A stretch of DNA of 60,483 nucleotides, filler included, from Candidatus Woesearchaeota archaeon (GTDB lineage: Archaea; Nanobdellota; Nanobdellia; Woesearchaeales; CAZJJJ01): NCBI GenBank assembly GCA_046538795.1. It is 5 parts of 5 records of this genome, joined end to end, with 100 filler letters (N's around TTAATTAATTAA, not from the genome) between each part and the next. Parts side by side here need not be neighbours in the genome. Positions count along the whole stretch, not along the records: positions 1 to 23,037 come from JBKHIF010000016.1; 4 more parts are not named here. One strand, given 5' to 3'. The notes below the pieces were generated by a model that was not told the origin of the DNA, did not search any database, and worked only from the letters and a program-made list of their open reading frames with translations. How positions within the stretch are numbered: the first letter of the stretch is position 1; each line of letters starts with the position of its first letter. Position numbers and translations under genes: made by a program. Positions 8,361 to 18,550 of the stretch are shown here, one piece after another.

Positions 8361-9305
8361 CTACAAGACAAGTATTCTTTCTTTAATTGCAGTTTTCCAG
8401 ACATATATCCTTTCTATTATTGCTTGCGGCCAAAGAAGCATCCATATCTTAAAATCATCCCATGACTTAACCTTATTAAGATTAAATAGAAAAAGCACAG
8501 GAATAAATGTCTTAAGAAGCTTCTTGGGCTCATAGATGAAGTTTTTTATGTTTGCCTGATCATCATAGTATTTGTAGAACCTTACTTTTGACTGGGCATT
8601 TTTTGTTCCTCCGAAAAGGAACCATTTGACTGTGTTTTTCTTTATCTGATGATATACTTTCATGTTCTTGTTAAATGGTATTGTTTTTTCTTTCATTATC
8701 TGAAGAGCTATATCGCGGTCTTCCATCCTGTGATATGCTTCATTGAATCTTATCTTCTTTATTATGTCTGTCTTGAATGCCATGTTTGCCATGCACCAGT
8801 TGCCTCCTGTTAGGTTTTGGATGTACCTATCTGAAAGAGTCTTTTTGTAGCCTGGCTTGTTGTAGTAAAGTATTCCTTCTACAGCCAGAAGGAAAGGGTC
8901 TTTTTCAAATTCTTTCATGCCTTCTTTAAGCCAGTCCTTGTCAACTTTGCAGTCGCTGTCTGTTATGAAAAAGATATTGTTTTTCAGAAATTCCAATGCC
9001 TTGTTCCTTATCTTTGAGATGTTCCCTGAGTTTTTTCCAAACCTGTAGTATTCAAGCCTGTTGTCATTGAACGAGCCTACTATAGATGCTGTTTCGTCTG
9101 TAGAGCCATCATCAACTATTATCAGCCTGAATTTTTTGTAGGTTTGCGAAAGTATGCTCTCTATGCAGTCTTTTATGTATTTTCCATCATTATAGGTTGT
9201 TATCAGTACATCTACCTGTTGGTTTTTTGTATTTATTTTCATGATATCTGTTTTATCAGCCTTTTTTGTGGCATCATCATTTTTCATTATCTGGTTTTGT
9301 TTCAT
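8361..9305 (-). CDS. Glycosyltransferase family 2
   Basis: LITTYN, IVDDGSTD, RN, DSD (DxD) and ED motifs. Confidence 0.92.
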   Translation of the reverse strand: MKQNQIMKNDDATKKADKTDIMKINTKNQQVDVLITTYNDGKYIKDCIESILSQTYKKFRLIIVDDGSTDETASIVGSFNDNRLEYYRFGKNSGNISKIRNKALEFLKNNIFFITDSDCKVDKDWLKEGMKEFEKDPFLLAVEGILYYNKPGYKKTLSDRYIQNLTGGNWCMANMAFKTDIIKKIRFNEAYHRMEDRDIALQIMKEKTIPFNKNMKVYHQIKKNTVKWFLFGGTKNAQSKVRFYKYYDDQANIKNFIYEPKKLLKTFIPVLFLFNLNKVKSWDDFKIWMLLWPQAIIERIYVWKTAIKERILVL

Positions 9306-9311
9306 AATTGT

Positions 9312-10727
9312 TCACCGTCTTGGATTTATGGTTCTTATCATGCTTTTAAGAGATATAGTCCTTGTTGCAAGGCAGAGTAAAAGGTATATGATTCCGCCTG
9401 AGGCAAAAGCTATGAACCAGTTTGGTATGAAAAGTCTTGTAGTTAGTGAAATTCCGGTATATAGTATGAATAAATGTATCTTTTTAAAGAAATTTAGTTT
9501 AATTTTAAACTTTTTAGCGTAAATCAAAAGCATGCCTACAAAGAATATTTCCATTGAAAGTGTTGCGATAGCTGCTCCTATTATTCCAAAAAAGCTTATG
9601 AGTATTATGTCAAGTATGAGATTAAGTGCGGTTGTTCCAAGAAGGATATATCCAAGATGTTCAGGTTTTTTTGAAGATAGTATGAGATTTGACAGGTTTG
9701 CTCTTATGAAGATGAAAAAGAGCGCAAATATTATTATCTGCATTATTATCCTTGATTCCATGAAGCTTTCAGGAAACAGGAAATCCATTATGTTTCCTGC
9801 ATAGATTAGTGTATATGCAATAATCGGGATTGCGATGAAGTTAAAGAATACTGAACTTGTGGATATGAGTTTTCTCAGCTCTTTTTTGTCTTCTTTGAAC
9901 AATCTGTGAAACGTTGGGTTTGATCCTTTCCTGTATGCATCAGGAATCATTGTCAGGTATTCAAGAAGCTTGAATCCTACGCTGTATATTCCTACTGCGC
10001 TGTTTGAGAGCATTAGTCCTATTGCAAGAACATCTACCTGGTGGTAAAGGCTTGAAAAAAGCCAGTTTGCCGCAAATGCCTTTGATGTTTTTATGAGTTT
10101 TGGAATCTGTCTTATATGAAGAGAGAATTTTGGTATCATGTCTTTTGCTGAGGTTATCGCAAACCTTAATCCTGAGATTGCTATATAGTTTACAAGATTT
10201 ATTATTATGTATGTGCTTAGGTCAAGAAGCCCTATTGTTATGAAGTAAAATGTTATTATTGAAAACAGGATCTTGTCTGCTGAATCTATTATGGATTCAT
10301 ACTTCATGTCTTCATGGCCTCTCATTATAGACATGAAAAAGCTTGAGAGCTGGTTTAGGAGCAGAAAAAAAGCGACAGGTATTGCAAATCTTATTATGTC
10401 GCCTTTTCCTGTAACCTGAAGAAATAAGAGTATGAGTCCGAAAACTATTACTGAAAGCCCTGTCTTTGCGATAAATATTGTCCAGAAATATTTCTTGTGG
10501 AATGATTTTTCTCTTGCAGTCTCTTTTATGAAATAATCATTAAGGCCAAGATCTGAAAATACCATCATAAGGCCTACTGTTGACACAAGAAACATGTAGA
10601 TTCCATAATTCTCCTCGCCAAGCTCTCTTGCTACAAGTACTGTTATGAAAAGCCCTACAATGATTCTTGTAAGCGAGGGCAGGAACAAAAATACGCTGTT
10701 TTTTACGACTTTTCTTTGGTTATCCAT
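9312..10727 (-). CDS. Oligosaccharide flippase (Wzx/MOP family)
   Basis: ARELGEENYG, SDLGL, VGIYS and GIIGAAIAT motifs; about 12-14 TM helices. Confidence 0.92.
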   Translation of the reverse strand: MDNQRKVVKNSVFLFLPSLTRIIVGLFITVLVARELGEENYGIYMFLVSTVGLMMVFSDLGLNDYFIKETAREKSFHKKYFWTIFIAKTGLSVIVFGLILLFLQVTGKGDIIRFAIPVAFFLLLNQLSSFFMSIMRGHEDMKYESIIDSADKILFSIITFYFITIGLLDLSTYIIINLVNYIAISGLRFAITSAKDMIPKFSLHIRQIPKLIKTSKAFAANWLFSSLYHQVDVLAIGLMLSNSAVGIYSVGFKLLEYLTMIPDAYRKGSNPTFHRLFKEDKKELRKLISTSSVFFNFIAIPIIAYTLIYAGNIMDFLFPESFMESRIIMQIIIFALFFIFIRANLSNLILSSKKPEHLGYILLGTTALNLILDIILISFFGIIGAAIATLSMEIFFVGMLLIYAKKFKIKLNFFKKIHLFILYTGISLTTRLFIPNWFIAFASGGIIYLLLCLATRTISLKSMIRTINPRR

Positions 10728-11844
10728 TTTTTATCTTATCTATTATCTGATTGAATTGCTTTTCCCTGTGTTTCCAGGTATGGTTCTCTTCAATGTCTTT
10801 TTTTGCCTGTTTTCCAAGATTATCTCTTAAGTTTTTGTCAGATGCCAGAAGCAGAAGCTTTTTTTCAAAATCTTTTGGATCCTTGTATAAAAATCCGTTT
10901 TTTCCTTCTTTTACTATTTCTCTTACTGCAGGAGTATCTTCTACAAGAACTGCCTTTTCCATTGCCATATACTCAAAGACCTTTGTCGGAAATCCAATAT
11001 AAGACCAGTCATCAGAGAAGCAGATATCTGAATCTTTCAGGTATTCAGAGACTTTTTCGTGTTTTATATATCCGGGGAAATCTACATGATCCTCGCATCC
11101 GGCTTCTTTTATCATCTCTTTGTATAGAGGAAGGTCAAGCCCGTCTCCTATTATCCTGAATAATATATCTTGATTTTTTTTTACGATTCTTGGAATCTGT
11201 CTTATTATTCCGGTCATCCTGTTTTTTCCAATAGAACCTACAAAAGAGACTGTTATCTTATCAGAGTCCTCTTTATTGTATGATTTCAGGAAATAGTTTT
11301 CTACTCCGTCCCTGAAAACGATTACCGGTTTATCTGTAAACTTCTGTATTTCTCTTTTATGCGCTTTGTTAACTGTAAAGATATAGTCAGCATAGTTTGC
11401 TCCCTTTTTTTCTATGTGAGAGAAATATCTGCTCTTAAGCCTTGAGACAAGATCTTTTCCTTTTCTAAGAGATTCTGAATTGACAAGCCCTATTATGTCG
11501 TATATCTTTAAAGCATCAAGGTCTTTTTTGTATGCGATTGTTGATAATGCTTCTGAGACATATATAAGATCGGGCTTTATCTTTTTTACAAGCTTCTTTA
11601 TCCTTTTTGCAAGTATCTTCCTGTATGCGATCCTTCTGATAAAGGGTATGTCTATTGGTACTTTGATTCCTATTGTGTTTATCTTTTCACTTTTTTTTTC
11701 TTCAGAATCCCTGTCTGAAGGAAAAAGTACAAAACAACTGTCATCGTCTCTTCTTGTTACAAAATCTATTATTTTTTCTGTCCTAAAATGCATTGCATTA
11801 GGCTCTTTCTCATTCCATTCAAGTGTTATCATTAGTGTTTTCAT
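10720..11844 (-). CDS. Glycosyltransferase family 4 (GT-B)
   Basis: FVGSI, IIGDG and GFPTKVFEYMAMEKAV...NGFL motifs. Confidence 0.9.
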   Translation of the reverse strand: MKTLMITLEWNEKEPNAMHFRTEKIIDFVTRRDDDSCFVLFPSDRDSEEKKSEKINTIGIKVPIDIPFIRRIAYRKILAKRIKKLVKKIKPDLIYVSEALSTIAYKKDLDALKIYDIIGLVNSESLRKGKDLVSRLKSRYFSHIEKKGANYADYIFTVNKAHKREIQKFTDKPVIVFRDGVENYFLKSYNKEDSDKITVSFVGSIGKNRMTGIIRQIPRIVKKNQDILFRIIGDGLDLPLYKEMIKEAGCEDHVDFPGYIKHEKVSEYLKDSDICFSDDWSYIGFPTKVFEYMAMEKAVLVEDTPAVREIVKEGKNGFLYKDPKDFEKKLLLLASDKNLRDNLGKQAKKDIEENHTWKHREKQFNQIIDKIKNG

Positions 11845-13433
11845 GTCAAAAATCCCTCCGGTATGGGTCTTATCTGCTGTATTCCGTTATTGTATACTTT
11901 GCTCAATGGCCAGTATTTTTCTCTTATCATATGGCTGTTTTTCAATGAATCTGCCCTGTTGGAATCGATTACCACATTTACTCCGGTAAAGTCAATTATC
12001 TTTTTCATGTTAACAGGATTCATCCTGTCTGCGACAAGAGCATCACGATATATGCCTGGATAATATGTTCTGTTGAACAATGGATCTTTTATGCCAAAAA
12101 GGTTTTTCAGGTCAATTTCTGTGTCTATATTTCCTGTGTAGTAATCATCAAGCCTCTCAAGGTTGTGAAGTGCTGTTATAGAATCAATCTCTTTTTGGGA
12201 TATTGCGCTTATCTGATAGCAGTATATATCGTGCTTGTTGCACACTATGGTGTATCTTGTGTCTTTTTTTTCTCTTAGGTGTTCTGCAAGCATGATTGTT
12301 CTTTCACGCATGTATGTGTAATCATCTGCATCAACCTTTTCTTCTTTATTTCCTGGTTCGATTGTGACAAAAGCAGGAAGAACCATGCTTGCCATGAGAA
12401 GTACAGACATCATGAAAAACGGGATGTTTCTCATGTTTTTGTATGACATGAGGCGCTTGAATGCATATCCTGTAATCAGGGTGAATAATGGAATTATAAG
12501 ATAGAATACATAGGTCTGCTCATGTATTATCGGCGCGAAAAACATGAGAGCTGAAAGAAGAAATATATCCTGATATCTCTTGTTGTCTTTTTTTGCAAGA
12601 AGATAATATCCAAAAGGGATTGCTATAACCACTATTCCTATGGACATTGCATACCTGTAGAGAAAGTCGATTAAGTAATCGACCATTTCTATCCCTGTGC
12701 TTACAGGAGATGTCTGAAGAGGCCCTGTGTAAAAAACAGGATTTATAAGGAAAGAGACTGCAAAGAACAAGAACGTAAGTGCGACAAGAACATATGATAC
12801 TGTCTTGTTTGTTATCTTGTTTTTCTTTGTGATATATCTTGATGTAAAATATGCAAGAAAAATCACCGGCGTAACTATGAAGAGCTTATGGCTTACTATC
12901 ATCATAAGAAGTGTGAGTATTATGAGATGATTTCTGTATTTCATGCTTCTTTTAAAGAGAAGCCAAAGCAGGAAGATGAAAAACATAAGATATATGTTCC
13001 TTACAGAATAAGCAATAGATGTGAAATAGAAGAAAAGCCTGCTGTTCAGATAGATAAAAACCACAAGGTTTGAGACAATGTGATCCTTAAAAATCAATAA
13101 AGAGATAAGATATATCATAAGTCCGAATACTGCGATGTTGAATATGTTCCAGAGAAGTATTGCTGTATTGTAGTCTGTACCTAATAGCAGTTTGAGTTCA
13201 GAAAGAAGCACAATACCTGCGCTTTGATAAGAGTGAGGATAATATCCTGTAAGAGACAAAGGATTTTTGTTCCAGGTTATATAGCCTTCATCTTCTACAT
13301 GCGATGCAAGCCGGTACATGACATAAGTGTCAGGAAGTGTTGGATACAGATTTCTCATAGGTACCCTTATGCTGATGCTGAATAGCAGTATCAGTATGAA
13401 TACAAGGGCCAGATTTCTTTTTTTCTGTTCCAT
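11841..13433 (-). CDS. Polytopic membrane protein, probable GT-C-fold transferase or glycan polymerase/ligase
   Basis: About 11-12 TM helices, an external loop after TM1 with PDTY and YYPHSY, and a soluble C-terminal domain. Sits inside the glycan cluster. Confidence 0.5.
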   Translation of the reverse strand: MEQKKRNLALVFILILLFSISIRVPMRNLYPTLPDTYVMYRLASHVEDEGYITWNKNPLSLTGYYPHSYQSAGIVLLSELKLLLGTDYNTAILLWNIFNIAVFGLMIYLISLLIFKDHIVSNLVVFIYLNSRLFFYFTSIAYSVRNIYLMFFIFLLWLLFKRSMKYRNHLIILTLLMMIVSHKLFIVTPVIFLAYFTSRYITKKNKITNKTVSYVLVALTFLFFAVSFLINPVFYTGPLQTSPVSTGIEMVDYLIDFLYRYAMSIGIVVIAIPFGYYLLAKKDNKRYQDIFLLSALMFFAPIIHEQTYVFYLIIPLFTLITGYAFKRLMSYKNMRNIPFFMMSVLLMASMVLPAFVTIEPGNKEEKVDADDYTYMRERTIMLAEHLREKKDTRYTIVCNKHDIYCYQISAISQKEIDSITALHNLERLDDYYTGNIDTEIDLKNLFGIKDPLFNRTYYPGIYRDALVADRMNPVNMKKIIDFTGVNVVIDSNRADSLKNSHMIREKYWPLSKVYNNGIQQIRPIPEGFLT

Positions 13434-13545
13434 ATTTTTTATCTTTTGAATATTTTTTTAAATCATATATCATGAAGCGTTAGGCTTGTTTTTTGTTGTT
13501 GGTATATCGCAGCTTGATTTGAAAGCGAGTGTTCTTGATTTTTTT

Positions 13546-14607
13546 TCATGCGCTTTCTTGAAGTTTGCCATAGGTCTCATTTAAGAGGGCCATGGTATTT
13601 TTTATGTCAAAATTATCTTTTATCATCTTATAGCTCTCTTTTCCCAGGTCTGATGTATTATTATCAAGAAGCTCTTTTATGCGCTCTCTTAGCATGCTTA
13701 TGTTTCCTGGCAAAACAAGATAGCCGTTTTTCTTGTCTTTCACTATCCTTGGGATTCCGCCTACAGGTGTTGAGAGTATAGGAAGAGAGTATGACATTGC
13801 TTCAAGGACTGATACAGGAAGGCCTTCATCATAAGAAGGCAGCACATAGACATCTGCTTTTCTTAGAAGAGATTCTTTTTGTTTACCATCAATCCATCCA
13901 AGGACGCTTATGTTTTCATCAAGTCCTGATTCTTTTACGATCTTTTTTATCTTGTCTATTTCTCCATCTCCTCCAAGATAAAGATGATACATGTCTTTAG
14001 GTATGCTTTTGAATGCTTCTATTAGGTCATATACTCCTTTTCTTTTCCCAAGTCGACCCAAGAACAGGAATTTTTTTTTCTTGCTGTTTTTTCGATCTAT
14101 CTTTTCAGGAAGCTCAACTGAGTTGTGGAGGACAAGTATGTTTTTGTTTTTGCATATCTTTGACAGATTTTTTTTCCACTCTTCTGAAAGAGCTATGATA
14201 ACATCAGGCATATCAAGGGTCTTTGAGACATTGTTTCTTTTTTTCTCGTCAAGATTTTTGTAGAATTTCATGAACTCTGCTCCATGAACGTGCAGGATGA
14301 CTTTTTTTTTGAACCTTTTTGCAAGCGTTATCATCGTGGATTTTCTTTTGAAGCTTGAGTATGAGGCTGTGTGTATGTGAAACACGCTGAATCTCTTATC
14401 AAGAAGATATCTTGGAACTATTGCAAGCGATTTTATGAAATAAAGTATTTTCATTATGCTTGACTTGTCTATGTGCGTGTAGAGATATCTTACATCATAG
14501 TCGAGTCTATCTTGATGTTTTTGGTATGATCTTATTACTGATGCTATTCCGCCTTTTCCTTTTGTGCTTGTGCTAATTATCAGCACAGCTTGCTTTTTTC
14601 CATTCAT
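13546..14607 (-). CDS. Glycosyltransferase family 4 (GT-B)
   Basis: GGI, HVHGAEF, FLGRLGKRKG and PSYDEGLPVSVLEAMSYSLP motifs. Confidence 0.93.
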   Translation of the reverse strand: MNGKKQAVLIISTSTKGKGGIASVIRSYQKHQDRLDYDVRYLYTHIDKSSIMKILYFIKSLAIVPRYLLDKRFSVFHIHTASYSSFKRKSTMITLAKRFKKKVILHVHGAEFMKFYKNLDEKKRNNVSKTLDMPDVIIALSEEWKKNLSKICKNKNILVLHNSVELPEKIDRKNSKKKKFLFLGRLGKRKGVYDLIEAFKSIPKDMYHLYLGGDGEIDKIKKIVKESGLDENISVLGWIDGKQKESLLRKADVYVLPSYDEGLPVSVLEAMSYSLPILSTPVGGIPRIVKDKKNGYLVLPGNISMLRERIKELLDNNTSDLGKESYKMIKDNFDIKNTMALLNETYGKLQESA

Positions 14608-15997
14608 TTTTTATGAATCTCCATTTTTCTTTTGAAGGTATTTTTTCAAGTATTTTGAATTCAATTCTTGCTTTGTCGCCAAGGAGCTTTTTCACTTCTT
14701 TTTCAATCAGATCTACTGAGCATTCCTCGCATTTTGCATTCTCAAACAAAAGCTCGATATGGAAATCATACTTGCTTTTCTGGATTGTTGTCACATAGAT
14801 AACATCATCAATGTACTCTTCTATCTTATGTTTCCAGTAGTGCATGTATGTTGTATGAGGTATCTCACGGCCGTCTGTAGAGCAGATTATGTCTGATGTC
14901 CTTCCATCTATTCTTTTTATTTGCGTAAGGCTTCTGCCGCACGAGCATCTTTCTTCTGCAAGGGTTGCAAGATCTTCCTGTTCATATCTTATGAAAGGCA
15001 TTGAATAGTTGAAAAGAGATGTTGCGATTATCCTTCCTCTTTTTCCGGGTTCTACAGGAAGGTTGTGGTTGTCAAGCACTTCGACTATTGAGAAATCATC
15101 ATTGAAGTGCATGCATCTTTCTTCACTATATTCGCCTGCAGAAACAACATATTCAGATGCGCCGTACCAGTTTATGACATTTGATCTAAAGGCTTTTTCT
15201 ATGAGATCCTTGTCATCTTTTATCATATTTTCTGAACTTGTAAGTATTGCCCCTACTTTTGGAAGGCGTATGTTGTTTTTCATGATATGCCTTGAAAGTA
15301 TTATCATTGCTGAAGGATATCCTTTTATGAGTCCTGGCTTGAATTTTTTAAGAAGAGATATGTATTTTCTTATCTTTTCCTCGTCAAGATCAAATGTTGA
15401 GAATATCATCTCTTTTTTTATCGGATTGTATTCATAGCTTTTCTTGTTTCCAAGAGAGTGTACGAAATCTCCTCTGAAATTAGCAGTCTTTACATCAAAA
15501 TCAATACTGTGGTTGCTAAGCTGTCTCTGGACAAGAGCATATTCTTTTTCCCTGTTTTTCTGGTCGAGATAGAAGTATAGCTTCTTTCCTGTGGATCCTG
15601 ATGTGTGAGCAAGGTCTGGCTTGAATTGTTTGTAGTTTTTTGCAGTCAGATCATCGAAATTGTTTCTTATATCTTCTTTGGTAAGTATGGGTAGTTTTTT
15701 CAGATCTTCTTTTGTCTTTATGTCTTCTGGCTTAAGATTGAGTTTTTTGAAGAGTTTTGTGTAGTATGGGACATTCTCATAGGAATGCATGATAAGTTCT
15801 CTTAGAAGCTTGTTTTGCCTTTCTTTTAGCTTTTCTTCTGAAAAGTGCTGGGTTTCCAGCGCTTCTTTATAGAGTTTTTTGAATCCTTTTCCATACATTA
15901 CGCTTATAGGGATGAATCTCGTGAAAACTCCTAAGAAACCTTTTGCCCATTCAGGGCTTTTCTGATATATCCGTTTTACTTTTCCGTAGCTAAGCAT
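14573..15997 (-). CDS. CapK-like phenylacetate-CoA ligase family (ANL) adenylate-forming enzyme, copy 2
   Basis: YENVPYY, LPILTKEDIR, HTSGSTG, YGASE, MPFIRYEQED and GRTSD motifs. Confidence 0.9.
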   Translation of the reverse strand: MLSYGKVKRIYQKSPEWAKGFLGVFTRFIPISVMYGKGFKKLYKEALETQHFSEEKLKERQNKLLRELIMHSYENVPYYTKLFKKLNLKPEDIKTKEDLKKLPILTKEDIRNNFDDLTAKNYKQFKPDLAHTSGSTGKKLYFYLDQKNREKEYALVQRQLSNHSIDFDVKTANFRGDFVHSLGNKKSYEYNPIKKEMIFSTFDLDEEKIRKYISLLKKFKPGLIKGYPSAMIILSRHIMKNNIRLPKVGAILTSSENMIKDDKDLIEKAFRSNVINWYGASEYVVSAGEYSEERCMHFNDDFSIVEVLDNHNLPVEPGKRGRIIATSLFNYSMPFIRYEQEDLATLAEERCSCGRSLTQIKRIDGRTSDIICSTDGREIPHTTYMHYWKHKIEEYIDDVIYVTTIQKSKYDFHIELLFENAKCEECSVDLIEKEVKKLLGDKARIEFKILEKIPSKEKWRFIKNEWKKASCADN

Positions 15998-17408
15998 GCT
16001 GCATCATTTCATTTTTTGTAAATCTCCACTTCTCTTTTGAAGGGAAATCATCTATAAATGTGAAATCAATCTTTGCATCGTTTCCTATTATCTTTCTTAG
16101 TTCTTTATCGATTACTTCAACCACATTTTTTTTTGCAGAAGGATCTTTTACCATTACTTTTATCTCAAAGCGTTTCATGTCTTTTTGTATTACCTGAGTA
16201 AATTCTATAGGGTTTGTCTGTGGTAGCACGTTTTTTTTCCAGAATGTCATTATGCCTACTGAAGGAAGCTTTTTGTTTTCAGAAAGATATATTATGTCCT
16301 GGACGCGTCCTTCTATCCTTTCTGCATGGAGAAAATTTCTCTTGCATGAGCATTTTTTTTCTGAAAGCCGCGCAACATCCTCAAGATCATATCGCAAAAG
16401 AGGCATTGAATAGTTGTAAAGCCCTGTTCCTATTATGCGTCCTGATTCTCCGGGATGAACCGGATTATTTTTTTCATCAAGTATTTCCACTATGCCGAAA
16501 TCCTCATTGAACATGTATCCTTTGAGATTTTCACACTGGCCTGCTGAGATTACGTATTCTGATGCACCATACCAGTCAAAGACTTTTGTCTTAAATGCTC
16601 TTTCTATTGTTTCTCTGTATTCATCATTAAGGATTTCAGAGCTTGTCATTATGACTTTTGCCTGGGGCACATCAAGATTTTTTTTCAGGATGTGCTGAGA
16701 TATTATATAAAGCGCGCTCGGGAAGCCCTTTATTAGTTCTGGCTTGAATTTCTTTAGTTCTTTTATGTATTCATCAATCTTTTTTTCAGTCATGTCGTAT
16801 GATGAGAATATGAGTTCTTTTCTTAATGGAAAGTATTCGTGGGTTTTCTTGTACTTATGTCCGATCATCGGCGCAAAATCTCCTCTGAAATTGGCTGTCT
16901 TTGCATTGAAACCTATGCCAAACATCCTAAGCTGCCTGTATGCAAGAGCAAATTCTTTTTCCCTGTTTTGCTGGTCTAAGTAGAGATGAAGCTTTTTTGC
17001 AGTTGATCCTGTGGTGTGCGCAAGATCAGGCATGAAATCCTTGTAGTTTCTTGCTGTAAGTTTACTGAAATTGTTTCTTATGTCTTCTTTAGTCAGTATG
17101 GGTAGTTTTTTTAGGTCTTCTTTTGTCTTTATGTCTCTTGGCTTAAGGTTGAGTTTTTTGAAGAGTTTTGTGTAGTATGGGACGTTATCATAGGAATGTT
17201 TTATGAGTTTTCTTAAAAGCTTGTTTTGCCTTTCTTCTATCTGTTCTCTTGTATAGTGTTCTGTCTCCAGTGATTTTTTGTAAAATTTCCTGAATCTTTT
17301 ACCATACATGTATTGTACCGGGATGAATCTCGTGAAAACTGATAATGCCTTTCTTACTGGTTTAGGCATCCCGAAATACATCTTTTTTATTTTTCCGTAA
17401 TTTATCAT
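15990..17408 (-). CDS. CapK-like phenylacetate-CoA ligase family (ANL) enzyme, copy 1
   Basis: YDNVPYY, LPILTKEDIR, HTTGSTA, YGASE, MPLLRYDLED and GRVQD motifs. Start reset to ATG 17408 (MINYGK, aligning with MLSYGK of the paralog, preceded by AGGTGAG). Confidence 0.9.
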   Translation of the reverse strand: MINYGKIKKMYFGMPKPVRKALSVFTRFIPVQYMYGKRFRKFYKKSLETEHYTREQIEERQNKLLRKLIKHSYDNVPYYTKLFKKLNLKPRDIKTKEDLKKLPILTKEDIRNNFSKLTARNYKDFMPDLAHTTGSTAKKLHLYLDQQNREKEFALAYRQLRMFGIGFNAKTANFRGDFAPMIGHKYKKTHEYFPLRKELIFSSYDMTEKKIDEYIKELKKFKPELIKGFPSALYIISQHILKKNLDVPQAKVIMTSSEILNDEYRETIERAFKTKVFDWYGASEYVISAGQCENLKGYMFNEDFGIVEILDEKNNPVHPGESGRIIGTGLYNYSMPLLRYDLEDVARLSEKKCSCKRNFLHAERIEGRVQDIIYLSENKKLPSVGIMTFWKKNVLPQTNPIEFTQVIQKDMKRFEIKVMVKDPSAKKNVVEVIDKELRKIIGNDAKIDFTFIDDFPSKEKWRFTKNEMMQHA

Positions 17409-17410
17409 TT

Positions 17411-18550
17411 TTAACTCACCTTGCTTAAAGCATAAAGCATCCATGCCTGGCCCCATCTTATCATGGGAGTCTTGTTTTTCCACAGCCTTGTTTTTTGATA
17501 ATGGAAATACCCTTTTTTGTCCTGCATCTCTTTTATCGTGAACTCTGCTATTTTTTTTGCAGCTTTTTTTTCATTGATCAATGAGAATGAGATTATGCCC
17601 TGGGCACATGAATGTATATCTATAGGATACAGTGACTTGTCTGTAAATTTAGGGATGTTTTTTTCAAAATGATTTTTTTTGTAAAATTTTAGTCCTTTCT
17701 CAAAGCTTTTTCTTACCTCTTTTTCATCTTTGGAATTGAGATAGTGATACATTGAATCAAGGACAAAGCCTGTATGAAAGTTATCTATCCTCCTGCTTGA
17801 GTGTTTGTTTAGTATTGATTTTTCTTTCTTGTTTCCGCCATATGTCCAGGCACCGTCGGATCTTTGGTGCATCATGGTGTGATTTATAATTTTTCTTGCT
17901 TTTTCTATGAGGATTTCTTCTTTTGTGTGCTTGTACACGTTTGAAAAAAGCCTTGCTGCAAACATGTTTGCGTTATAGATCTGGCTTTTATCATAAGGAG
18001 TATAGCTGTAGACAAGAGTTTTTTCATCTTCTTCAGAGTTTAAGTCTTTTATTACAAAGTCGCATGCGCTTCTTGCGATTCTTATATGATTTTTGTTTTT
18101 TGTTATTTCGTATGAATCGATAAAACCTTGCGCTGCAACTGATGTTACAACAATGCTTGGTTCGTATGCAGGAAGAAAGAATATCCTGTTTTCCCAGTCA
18201 AAATTATATCCCCATGAGCTTCCATGGTATTTTCTGTTCTGGTTTTTTTCAAGATAATTAAGGCAGTGTTCTGCTTTTATCTTGTAGTTTTGGTTGTTTG
18301 TTTTTTTGTATAGGTTTAGATATGCTGATGCAAAAAGAGCCATGCCTTTTGGATTTATTCCTTTTTTTATCCCCAAGATCGGCCTTATGTTTACAGGGCT
18401 TCTCTTGTTTGCCTGGACAAGAGCTGTTCTTAGGTATTTGTTGAAGGTTATGTTTTTCAGATAGCTTTTAAGTCCGTCATAGGGATCATATCCTTCCCAT
18501 CCGTTCTTTTCTATCCAATTATCTAATTTTTGAATGCTTTCTGATATCAT
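17411..18550 (-). CDS. Alpha/alpha-barrel (six-hairpin glycosidase-like) protein typical of polysaccharide clusters
   Basis: GYDPYDGL, WGYNFDW, IYNAN, DGAWTY, DNFHTG, YPIDIH and RWGQAW motifs. Confidence 0.65.
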   Translation of the reverse strand: MISESIQKLDNWIEKNGWEGYDPYDGLKSYLKNITFNKYLRTALVQANKRSPVNIRPILGIKKGINPKGMALFASAYLNLYKKTNNQNYKIKAEHCLNYLEKNQNRKYHGSSWGYNFDWENRIFFLPAYEPSIVVTSVAAQGFIDSYEITKNKNHIRIARSACDFVIKDLNSEEDEKTLVYSYTPYDKSQIYNANMFAARLFSNVYKHTKEEILIEKARKIINHTMMHQRSDGAWTYGGNKKEKSILNKHSSRRIDNFHTGFVLDSMYHYLNSKDEKEVRKSFEKGLKFYKKNHFEKNIPKFTDKSLYPIDIHSCAQGIISFSLINEKKAAKKIAEFTIKEMQDKKGYFHYQKTRLWKNKTPMIRWGQAWMLYALSKVS

